Shown: positions 31,076 to 39,543 of the stretch, in pieces
Layout: each line of letters begins with the position of its first letter
Position numbering within the stretch: the first letter of the stretch is position 1
NCBI GenBank assembly: GCA_965660545.1
Contig: CBFIAF010000002.1
Location: forward strand, 14,335 to 78,334
Reading direction: 5' to 3'
Source: Alphaproteobacteria bacterium
Lineage (GTDB): Bacteria; Pseudomonadota; Alphaproteobacteria; Bin95
DNA: 64,000 nucleotides
Translations under genes and position numbers: made by a program
Notes under the pieces: model-generated
What the model saw: only the letters and a program-made list of their open reading frames with translations
Told to the model about the DNA's origin: nothing
Database searches by the model: none

Positions 31076-32004
31076 TCCGCCTGACTTTAGAGAAATCCGC
31101 CATTCTACGGCGGAAATACCCGATCAGCACATAATAGATGCGTCCTCACCCGCGCAGCTTTGCCTTATTGGCTTGTACCGCAATCAGAATAAACGGTTGA
31201 TACAGGTGTCCTGCTGGTATCTTTGAAACACCAGTCGCATTCACCATTGTTTGTGCTACATTTGGCACGCCGTGCATGGCATTCTGGACATTATTTGGCG
31301 CAGCATTTGCCCGCGTTTTCCAGAATCCGAAGGCCCGCCGCATTATCGGCTGTACGCTGCCGATCATCCTTCTCGCAACAATCCCATTCATGTTCCGCTG
31401 AATAGAAAAAGGCCGGGCCTCCTTGGTGGAGGCGCGGCCCATCGATAGCCGTAAAGATGAAAGTGTCGTTTGGCGCTTACAGAACTGGAATATAAAATAA
31501 ATGAATATCTAACAGTATGTTAATGCTATTCATAAAATAACGTATTTTATACGTACTTTTAAGTTTTATCGAGAAAAATCATAAAACCAACCTGCAATCT
31601 AGTATTTATACATATTCTTTTCATGCGCATCAGGTTGTTTTCAAGCTCATTCAATCGATTAAATAGCCGATTGGGACCAGCATAACTTAGTGCGCTATGA
31701 CGAACGATCGCACGTATATCAGTTTCCGGTTCCTAGGTTCGGTCGCTTATTTGATCGGCTGTTTCTGAGAAGGGTGATACGTTCTGTCATTGCTATGAGC
31801 CAGGTGCCGCTCTTCTGGGATGTATTTCGGACTGGTAGGCGTTCAATCCGAGACAGAGCGCTCTGTGACTTCATACTCAGGGCTTCGATCACAATTCCTG
31901 CTTTGCCAGCAACCATCCGTCATTCAGTAACGCATGCTCCGAGACACCTATCGCGCTACCAAAAGTGTATTTCATTCATTTGCACTTTCTGCCAGACTCT
32001 TCGT

Positions 32005-33036
32005 ATGAAAAACCTAACAGCCACGATCTGCCTCGGCGTTGCCCTGCTTCTTGGAAGTAAGGGAATGGCTTGGAGCCAAGATTTTGAAAAGGGTCTAACC
32101 GCTGCTAAAAGTGGAGATTATTCAACTGCTCTGTGGGAATGGACGCCTCTTGCGAAACAGGGGTATTCCGATGCCCAATACAATCTGGGAGTGATGTACG
32201 AAAATGGGCAAGGTGTTCCAAAGAACTATGTGACTGCTGTAAAATGGTACAGACTTGCCGCCGAACAAGGGGTTGCCGATGCCCAGTTCAATCTGGGTAA
32301 TGCATACCGCCACGGACTAGGTGTTCCACAAAACGATAAGACTGCTGTGAAATGGTACAAACTTGCCGCCGAACAGGGGAATGCCACTGTCCAGTACATT
32401 CTGGGACAGATATACCGCCAAGGAAAAGGTGTTCCCCAGGATTATAAGACAGCAGTGAAGTGGTACACACTTGCTGCCGAACAGGGGGGTGCCAATGCCC
32501 AAGGAAATCTGGGTGTTATGTACAGCGCAGGACAAGGTGTTCCCGCGGACAATAAGACAGCAGTGAAGTTATTCAAACTTGCTGCCGAACAAAGGTACGC
32601 CGATTCCCAGTACAATCTGGGTGTGATGTACAGCAAAGGACAAGGTGTTCCCCAGGATTATAAGACAGCGGTGAAGTGGTATACACTTGCTGCCGAACAG
32701 GGGGATGCCTCTGCACAGTACAATCTTGGTGTGATGTGCGAAAATGGACAAGGCATTCCCCAAGATTATAAGACAGCGGTGAAGTGGTACACACTTGCTG
32801 CTAAACAGGGCGATGCTGATGCCCAGACCAATCTCGGTGTGATGTATGGAACGGGAAGAGGGGTCATGCAGAATTTTGTTTATGCCCATATGTGGGGAAA
32901 TCTTGGTGCCTCTAATGGGAGTGAGAATGGAGGTAAGTTGCGAGAAATCGCCGCTAAAAAAATAACCCCGTCCCAACTTGAAACCGCTCAGAAACTTGCC
33001 CTTGAATGTGTCCGTAAGAAGTATTTAGGGTGTTGA
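32005..33036 (+). CDS. Secreted Sel1-like repeat (SLR/TPR-like) protein, about 7 repeats (family paralog A)
   Basis: It has the signal peptide MKNLTATICLGVALLLGSKGMAWS. It carries tandem 36-aa units AQYNLGVMYxxGQGVPQDYKTAVKWYxLAAEQG. It has a cysteine-containing C-terminal tail …ECVRKKYLGC. The start is chosen at ATG 32005; the 31690 ORF start is an upstream read-through. Confidence 0.8.
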   Translation: MKNLTATICLGVALLLGSKGMAWSQDFEKGLTAAKSGDYSTALWEWTPLAKQGYSDAQYNLGVMYENGQGVPKNYVTAVKWYRLAAEQGVADAQFNLGNAYRHGLGVPQNDKTAVKWYKLAAEQGNATVQYILGQIYRQGKGVPQDYKTAVKWYTLAAEQGGANAQGNLGVMYSAGQGVPADNKTAVKLFKLAAEQRYADSQYNLGVMYSKGQGVPQDYKTAVKWYTLAAEQGDASAQYNLGVMCENGQGIPQDYKTAVKWYTLAAKQGDADAQTNLGVMYGTGRGVMQNFVYAHMWGNLGASNGSENGGKLREIAAKKITPSQLETAQKLALECVRKKYLGC

Positions 33037-33210
33037 GTAAAACCTAACTGAGTGCCCGATATGCAATCGCTCGTCCTATTCCCATCCGCTTCGCAGTTGC
33101 AGACGCACTTAAGTCACTAACGCCCAGCATTAATCCCCCCAATTTGCGAGATGCCCATAGCGCTCCCACAAGGGTATTTGCTCCAATCCCACTTTCTGCA
33201 AACTTTTTGC

Positions 33211-33315
33211 ATGAGAAATCTGACTGCCACCATCTGCCTCGCCGTTGCCCTGCTCCTTGGAAGTGCGAGGGTAGCTTGGAGTGCTGGTTTTCAAAGGGGA
33301 TATGCTGGATACCAG
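33211..33315 (+). pseudogene. Orphan 5' module of the Sel1 family (leader, signal peptide, about 35 codons), with no repeat body
   Basis: MRNLTATICLAVALLLGSARVAWSAGFQRGYAGY is near-identical to the paralog B start. The reading frame then runs into unrelated or antisense sequence. Confidence 0.5.
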
Positions 33316-33450
33316 AGGAGTTGCGTAATCACCACTTTTGTATGCGATTACACCCTTTCTAAACTCTGGCTCCAAGACCCTCCCGCACTTCCAAGAAGCA
33401 GGACAACGGCCAGGCAGGGTCTGGCGGTCAGTTTTTTAGACGGAGAGTCT
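33301..33450 (-). pseudogene. Second orphan 5' module of the Sel1 family in inverted orientation, start codon lost and frameshifted, abutting the + strand orphan head-to-head
   Basis: The reverse-strand translation KKLTARPCLAVVLLLGSAGGSWSQS, then (frameshift) EFRKGVIAYKSGDYATPL, parallels the paralog A start MKNLTATICLGVALLLGSKGMAWSQDFEKGLTAAKSGDYSTAL. Confidence 0.45.
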
Positions 33451-33549
33451 GACAGAGAATATTTAGAATGGGTAGAGAGAAAGGGGTGTGGGTAGAGTTA
33501 TGGGAAATAGGAAGGGCGCGCGTGTATCGGGCACTCGGTTATATTTTAC

Positions 33550-34149
33550 TCAACATCCTTTGTAGTTTTTGCGGGCACATTCACGGGCAAGTTTCTTTGC
33601 GGTAGAGATTTCGGCGGGGGTCATCTTTTTCCCAAAATCATCCATCAAATTCGCACCCAACTTATTTCCATTGGTCGCAGCGATGCTTCCCCACATGTGA
33701 GCATATATATACCCTTTTAGCACTCCCCGTCCCAATGCGTACATCAAACCTAGACCAAACTGGGCATCGGCATCACCTTGTTCGGCGGCAAGTTTGTACC
33801 ACTTCACCGCAGTCTTATAATCCTGCGGAACACCTTGCCCGTTGGCGTACATCACACCCAGATTGTACTGGGCAAAGGCATTCCCCTGTTCGGCAGCAAG
33901 TTTGTACCATTTCACCGCAGTCTTATAATTCTTGGGAACACCTTGTCCGTTGGCGTACATCAAACCTAGATTGTACTGGGCATCGGAATGCCTCTGTTCG
34001 GCAAGAGGTGTCCATTCACGCAAAGCAGTTGCGAAGTCACCGCTCTTGTATCCCGCATACCCCCTTTGAAAATCAGCACTCCAAGCTACCCCCGCACCTC
34101 CAAGAAGCAGGGTAACGGCGATACAGATGGTAGCGGTCAAGTTTCTCAT
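33550..34149 (-). CDS. Secreted Sel1-like repeat protein, about 3 repeats (family paralog B)
   Basis: It has the signal peptide MRNLTATICIAVTLLLGGAGVAWS, Sel1 units AQYNLGLMYANGQGVPKNYKTAVKWYKLAAEQG, and the same C-terminal tail …ECARKNYKGC as paralog A. Confidence 0.8.
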   Translation of the reverse strand: MRNLTATICIAVTLLLGGAGVAWSADFQRGYAGYKSGDFATALREWTPLAEQRHSDAQYNLGLMYANGQGVPKNYKTAVKWYKLAAEQGNAFAQYNLGVMYANGQGVPQDYKTAVKWYKLAAEQGDADAQFGLGLMYALGRGVLKGYIYAHMWGSIAATNGNKLGANLMDDFGKKMTPAEISTAKKLARECARKNYKGC

Positions 34150-35361
34150 ACGGAAAGTTTCGCAGAAAGTGGAATTGGTGCAAATAGCCTTGTGGAAGCG
34201 CCATCGACAGGCAAGTGTATCTCGTAACGTAGGTGGGTCACATGCTGGGCGTCGGTGACTAAATCGTATCAGCAGCCCCCTAGAGGGCTTTGTCGCACAT
34301 TCTCATGGGGCTTTTTGTACTTCTAAGATTTTAACAGCGGGCATAAATTTATTGGTGGTAGCTTTGATCTAAACTCCTGAAATAATGTGATATCTTAATA
34401 CAATTCGAACAAAAAAATTTTGCTTTTATAAATAATTCCTGGTTATTATGATTATGTCGAATTGGTTTGTTTATTTATAACTACAATTTTTTCGGCGGCA
34501 ATTTAATATTCGATCGTATACAAAGTTATATTCTAAAGATATTCAAATACAATATACTGAGTAATTTTTAAAATATAGGCATATATTTATGTAAAAAAGC
34601 CATATTTAATACTGCAATGAAGTAAAATATGGTCCTTGTAAACAATGATAAAAATAATAAATTTTTACCAACACTCTCTGTTATAGCGCGAGTTGCCTCT
34701 TCTATATTTTGATTAATTTCAATTATTGATTTAAGAGACTCTTTCGTAAGTGCGCCTTGGAGGCAGCAGAAAGGCATTGAATGTCCCTCTTCCGGTTACC
34801 AAATTAATGATGTGATTTAATTGCAGGGGTTCTTTTTAGCAATTATGCAATTAAAATTGCGTTTCTCTGCGGACGGAGGCTATTCAAGCAGTGCTGGCGC
34901 ATTATCACCTCTCCAATGCGCCTCAACACTCCTCTGAAAGTTTAGCGATACGGCACCAGAGACAGCCCAATCTCCAAAGCTTTGAGTTACGTTTCATTCG
35001 TTTAACCTTCTTATATCACGACCTGATAATCGTAAGCCCAGCATCTAACGATTGACCAGACGCTTTATCTTCAGATTACTCGCAGGATCGCGCCTCGTTC
35101 AGCGGAGGAGGGCACGATGGTCGTCCTTGAACTTGTGAGCGTCTAACACCCGTTTCTCTATGGAAATATCAAAAATCATGGCGTTAGCGTAGAAATCGGT
35201 CAAAATGCTATGTAAGCGCCCGTGAAGCGGTGAGCTGCCAGTAAGCGCTCTCACCGCTCATTTGTAGCCCTGAGTGCAGCTTATCGGAGCTGTCTGTATT
35301 TTTCAGCAACGCATACCAAAGTCGTGACGGTTGACGAACTCTGATTCATCCTTTGAGTTAA

Positions 35362-35565
35362 CCCATTGAGCGCATCAGTATTTGGGCAAAAATACCAGAA
35401 AAACTTACTTTTCCACAACTTGAGTCCTTCCTATGGGAAAGCGCAGACATCTTTCGTGGAAATATGGATGCGTCAGAGTTCGAGGACTACATTTTTGGGA
35501 TGATGGTCCTGAAGCATCTTTCGGACCCGTTCGAGGAAGAGCGAGTAGTTAGTCTTAAATTATGA
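35362..35565 (+). pseudogene. hsdM: Relic N-terminus of a type I restriction-modification methyltransferase (HsdM), about 65 codons, with no start and a premature stop
   Basis: …TFPQLESFLWESADIFRGNMDASEFEDYIFGMMVLKHLSDPFEEER matches the conserved HsdM N-terminal domain (LWxxADxLRGxMDASEYKxYIxGLxFLKxLSDxFEE). A stop lies 5 codons upstream and a TGA follows after RVVSLKL. Confidence 0.65.
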
Positions 35566-35831
35566 CTGAGCAATTCCAGGAACTTTCGAATTTCGTAGAG
35601 GAAGAAATGCGCATGATGCTTTTGTATAAGTCAGTGATGCTTAAGGGACATGACCACCATCTGTAACCGATATCAGATGAACGAATGAGACCTAATGAGA
35701 CGTGCTATCGTGGAGTTCATCACTGACATCCAAAAGGACCCGAGTAATACCTCACGTCATATGTTTCTCTGAGGTCCCACTCGGACATTACATGCCTGAA
35801 AGACCCCGCAGCATGGTGTCTGAGCCATCTC

Positions 35832-36590
35832 CTATTTCATAAATTTTTTAAAGAACTCTATCGTTCGTTTATGAGAGTCTTTGGTGACAAAATCATTATA
35901 AATATATTTTCTATGGTTCTTTCGATCCCAAGCATGACCAACGCCAGTGTAAATATGAGTATTAATTGTTGCACCTCTGCTTTTTATTTCACTCCAGGCT
36001 TCCTGTGCAAAATTTAGACTTTGTATTTTATCAACATCACCATGCAACGCCAATATTGGATTGCTAGATTTGGAGAAATAATTCATAGGGTAGGGGTTGG
36101 TTATCTCTCTACCAAAATTTGCCTTCCAAACTCCATAGTGAGAAACACCGGCGCTCACTTTCGAACTACCCGTTAGATAACCAACCCAGAACCCCCCGTT
36201 GGAAAAACCTGTGGCAAAAATGTTTTCTTTCTCGACCTTAGGTTCATTGTGCATGAGACCAACAACTTCAGATAAATCGTTTTCGATGTCCTCCCTAAAC
36301 CGATCGAATGTGCTCATCCTCGACCGAGTGGTTATGCCATATTTAACAAAGAAATTTGGAGCATAAACAGCGAAACCATCATCTACATAGCGCTGGATAA
36401 GATGTCCTACTGTCTTAAATCCTCCGCTGGTATGAAGTGCTATTACCGCTGGGAATGGACCGGAACCATTAGGAAAGAATTTTTCATGGTAAATTGCTTC
36501 TGCTCGGACGCTGCTAGCAAAGAATAAATAAACTACCAAAGCCAAATAAAATTTAGTGCATATGTACATTTTTACATTCCTCTGAATCAA
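35832..36590 (-). CDS. Secreted alpha/beta hydrolase, dienelactone-hydrolase-like
   Basis: It has an N-terminal signal peptide, the nucleophile elbow GFSNGG, an acid residue in LHGDVD, and a histidine in GVGHAW. The gene has very low GC relative to the genome. Confidence 0.65.
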   Translation of the reverse strand: MIQRNVKMYICTKFYLALVVYLFFASSVRAEAIYHEKFFPNGSGPFPAVIALHTSGGFKTVGHLIQRYVDDGFAVYAPNFFVKYGITTRSRMSTFDRFREDIENDLSEVVGLMHNEPKVEKENIFATGFSNGGFWVGYLTGSSKVSAGVSHYGVWKANFGREITNPYPMNYFSKSSNPILALHGDVDKIQSLNFAQEAWSEIKSRGATINTHIYTGVGHAWDRKNHRKYIYNDFVTKDSHKRTIEFFKKFMK

Positions 36591-36592
36591 AA

Positions 36593-36672
36593 TTGCTTTT
36601 ACCTCAACTTACTCCGCACTTCCAAAAAACAGTGCAACTGCAAAGCATGTGGTGGCAGTCAAGTTTATCATA
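36593..36672 (-). pseudogene. Third orphan Sel1-family leader/signal-peptide start (MINLTATTCFAVALFFGSAE*), sitting directly upstream of the hydrolase gene
   Basis: The reverse-strand ATG at 36672 is followed by a 19-codon SP-like ORF. The roughly 135 bp upstream (36655-36790) is about 80% identical to the region upstream of paralog B (34134-34270). Confidence 0.5.
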
Positions 36673-36859
36673 CGGAAAGTCTGGTAGACCGTGGGAATGC
36701 AGAAAATACCCTTGTGAAAGCGCCATCGGCGGGCAAGGGCATCTCGCAGCGTGGGCGAGTCAATGCTGGGCGTCAGTGACTAAAGTGCGTCTGCGATTGC
36801 GAAGGAAATGGGGATAGGCAGAGCGAGCGTGTATCTGGCATTAGGGTGGTAGAGGTCAG

Positions 36860-37688
36860 TCGAGATTTTGGAAGATAGCCTTCTTGGTCCGCATCTCTTC
36901 AATCTGAGCAGTCGTCATCCAGCAAGATAAATAATAGGTTCCATCAGATATCATCTTCCCAAGAGCAGTCTTGGAGATTGATGCTCTATTGGATTTGCGA
37001 GAAGTGATGTTTTTACTCTCCAAAATGCTTCTTACCACACTCGTCTGATGCCAAAGTTGGTATTCTCCGGTAGTGAGCCGAATTCCTCGAGTGTCTTTGT
37101 TATGTGCCCTTCATCCGTCGCAACACGAAGAAACTCATTGATCAGGGATGCTTAAGCTCGAAGCGTTGCAAAGCAGGGGTCTACAACAATGTTACGGGAT
37201 GCTGTGCCTTTTGCCCCAATACGCTTCTCGTTCACCTCTATGCGCTTTTTGCGCTTGAGGTCTTTCCAGTAGTTCAGGCGATAATCCTAGTAGCCATCGC
37301 AGAAGGGCTTTGTGAGATTGCCGAGAACCTTCTTTCCCATGAACTCTGAGACGTAGCGTTCATAGACACTGCGCTTCCATTCGAGGCGTTTCTCAGTGAC
37401 GTGATGCTGTTTACGATCAAGCCAGTCATGGAAGAACTTATCGACTGTGACCTCTGTCAGAGAGAAGCCACCCTTATGTTTCACTAAGAGATCGACATAA
37501 GCAGCTTGCGCTTTGAGGATTACCTCGCTGGCATCTGATGTGCCGCAGCTTCGTCGTATGTAACCGGCAATGCCTTCGACCTTTGCTCGGAAAAAGAACC
37601 TATCGCTATCTAGGTCGTTACGCCGAAAGATAATCAGCCTGCTGCCGTGAAGAGGGCTCTTTTGGCGGTCTTTATAAGCCTCAGGCAT
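36860..37688 (-). pseudogene. Relic of a P4-type tyrosine integrase; an N-terminal arm-binding/SAM-like region of about 133 aa is intact (37287..37688), and the remainder is interrupted by stops
   Basis: The N-terminus has the DUF4102-like pattern (…GSRLIIFRRNDLDSDRFFFRAKVEG…) and the core-binding-like pattern (…FFHDWLDRKQHHVTEKRLEWKRSVYERYVSEFMGKKVLGNLTKP). A TAG after …CDGY is followed by unrelated frames, and no R..HxxR..Y catalytic box was found. Confidence 0.4.
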
Positions 37689-37804
37689 GACGTCCGTGCT
37701 TTTTTGAGAACTGCTGGTCTGAAACGAGAACTGGTAACGGAACGTGCTTGATTCGTGCCTTTCTCATCAACCCAGTAAAGCAGGAATCGCAGAGTTCTGC
37801 GAGT

Positions 37805-37842
37805 CGTGCGTCAGACGTGCCTCCAAAGAAAAAGAGCTTCGC
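37805..37842 (-). terminator. Intrinsic terminator downstream of rpsI
   Basis: On the minus strand, a GC hairpin GCTTCGCTTCGGCGAAGC is followed by TCTTTTTCTTTGG, about 50 nt after the rpsI stop. Confidence 0.5.
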
Positions 37843-37887
37843 CGAAGCGAAGCCCTTGATACATATAAATATATTGTAGTATTTGTC

Positions 37888-38391
37888 CTAGCGCTTCGAG
37901 AACTGAAAGCTACGACGGGCTTTAGCCCGACCATACTTCTTACGCTCTACCATGCGGCTATCACGTGTAACGAAACCTGCAGCTTTCAGCGCAGGGCGGA
38001 GGCCCGGCTCAAAAGCCATCAGCGCGCGTGTCAGGCCATGGCGCACTGCGCCAGCTTGGCCAGACAATCCACCGCCTTTAACGGTGCATATCAGGTCATA
38101 CTGATTGAGGCGGTTCGCAACATCGAACGGGGACAGTGCGAGCATCTGCAAGTTGGCCCGGGAGAAATATTCGGTCACGGTCTTGCCGTTTACCGTCATC
38201 CTGCCGGAACCAGGCTTGATCCAAACGCGTGCGACTGATTCTTTACGACGACCTGTGCCATAGGAACGGCCATGCTCGTCGATCTTCGGATCGGGCAGAG
38301 CATCGCTGGACATTTCAGCACCGCCGCCTTGGGCACCATCTTCACCGAGCGCGTCTTTCAAGTCCGCGAGAGTGCGTGTTTCATCAGCCAT
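37888..38391 (-). CDS. rpsI: 30S ribosomal protein S9
   Basis: The C-terminus …[19 protein letters not shown]…[25 protein letters not shown] is the S9 signature. Confidence 0.95.
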   Translation of the reverse strand: MADETRTLADLKDALGEDGAQGGGAEMSSDALPDPKIDEHGRSYGTGRRKESVARVWIKPGSGRMTVNGKTVTEYFSRANLQMLALSPFDVANRLNQYDLICTVKGGGLSGQAGAVRHGLTRALMAFEPGLRPALKAAGFVTRDSRMVERKKYGRAKARRSFQFSKR

Positions 38392-38870
38392 TAGCTGGAC
38401 CTCCGAGCGCGGAACGCGTTCTTATTGTTCATAGATGCGACATCCAGGGGCTGAGGCTCCTGGGCTGCATGGGGATGATCTGGACCAGAATAAACGTGCA
38501 ACTTTTTGATCGATGCACGGGCAAGCTTGGTTTTAGGCAGCATCCGCTCGACAGCTTTTTCGATCACGCGCTCCGGGAAGCGGCCTTCGAGAATTTCATG
38601 TGCGGTGACACTCTTAATGCCACCTGGGTAGCCGGTGTGGCGATAATAGGTTTTGTCTTGACGCTTGTTGTTGCCTGTCATGGCAACTTTTTCAGCGTTA
38701 ATGACGACGATGTGATCGCCGCAATCAACATGCGGTGTGAATTGGGGCTTGTGCTTGCCGCGGAGGCGCATCGCGATGACGCTTGCGAGACGGCCTAGAA
38801 CAAGGCCTTCCGCATCAATCACGTTCCATGCACGCGCGACCTCGCCCGGTTTGGCTGAGACCGTTGACAT
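38391..38870 (-). CDS. rplM: 50S ribosomal protein L13
   Basis: [30 protein letters not shown]… is the canonical L13. The start is set at the internal ATG, and TAATG overlaps rpsI. Confidence 0.95.
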   Translation of the reverse strand: MSTVSAKPGEVARAWNVIDAEGLVLGRLASVIAMRLRGKHKPQFTPHVDCGDHIVVINAEKVAMTGNNKRQDKTYYRHTGYPGGIKSVTAHEILEGRFPERVIEKAVERMLPKTKLARASIKKLHVYSGPDHPHAAQEPQPLDVASMNNKNAFRARRSS

Positions 38871-39017
38871 TGGGATGTTGCTCCAGTGGAAATTCCGTTG
38901 AACCGGACGCAATGCAAGAGCCCGGCCGAGGCCAGGGTATACCGGCGTCTTGTATGCAATGTCAACGCAAAAAATTCCGCGTTTTCCGTCATTTATGTAT
39001 GGGGTATTATAATACCG

Positions 39018-39464
39018 CTATCTCGGAAGCGCATACGAACCCGTTACGTGAGCAACTATTACATCTGGTGCAGACTTATTGAATATCGCGACTGTAAAAA
39101 CAACGAGCCGCCGACCAAACCTGAGTGGTGTCGCATCAGCCACAAGTTCTTCAAGTTTCGGCGGTTTTAGGAAAGTCGTGTTCTGGGCTGAGGTCATCGC
39201 CATAGGTGTCCAGCCGAGTTTCCCATTAATGCCTGCGAACATTGCGACGTCCGCCATGGCCATCATTGCAGGGCCGGAGATTGATCCGCCAGGGCGGGAG
39301 AAGCTTGGCGTAAAGGGCAAAATGACGCGGGCGCAGCCGTCGCCGCGCATCTCTGTCGCGATAACGCCGATCTCGCCGGATAGCGGAACAAGTTGATGCA
39401 TGCGCCGTGTGAACTCAGCGGCGTCAAGCATATCGCCGATGGGCAAGTCCGCCAGATCAGTCAT
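39018..39464 (-). CDS. PaaI-family hotdog-fold thioesterase
   Basis: A 148-aa product with …GGSISGPAMMAMADVAMFAG…, typical of the PaaI/YbgC family. Confidence 0.75.
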   Translation of the reverse strand: MTDLADLPIGDMLDAAEFTRRMHQLVPLSGEIGVIATEMRGDGCARVILPFTPSFSRPGGSISGPAMMAMADVAMFAGINGKLGWTPMAMTSAQNTTFLKPPKLEELVADATPLRFGRRLVVFTVAIFNKSAPDVIVAHVTGSYALPR

Positions 39465-39543
39465 GATGCATCTCCATTGGCCGATTGGTCGCTGAACGGC
39501 TATCGTTAGGCTGTCATTATAATTCAGCTTGCGGAAATCATAC

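Noticed and set aside
31146-31442. 98-aa ORF on the minus strand between the IS5 remnant and an AT-rich tract
   Set aside because: It has no motif, no family resemblance and a poor start context. It is possibly IS-associated debris.
31690-32004. Upstream extension of the Sel1 paralog A ORF
   Set aside because: The family's conserved start, MKNLTATICL, with a signal peptide, is at 32005. The extension has no homology and lies in the shared non-coding leader.
32122-32976. Many 60-135-aa ORFs on the minus strand across Sel1 paralog A, and similar ORFs 33735..34227 on the plus strand across paralog B
   Set aside because: They are antisense read-throughs created by the low-complexity 108-bp Sel1 nucleotide repeats. 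Their periodic, near-identical peptides such as …GIPLFG…KFVPLHRSLIILGNTL mirror the sense-strand repeats, and they have no start context.
29733-37887. Search for tRNA/tmRNA genes and CRISPR arrays in and around the island
   Set aside because: No cloverleaf-compatible sequence ending in a T-loop GTTCRANYC plus acceptor stem was found by eye. No short direct-repeat/spacer periodicity was seen. The only tandem repeats are the protein-coding Sel1 units.
37744-38238. 164-aa ORF on the plus strand overlapping rpsI
   Set aside because: It is antisense to a universally conserved ribosomal protein gene.
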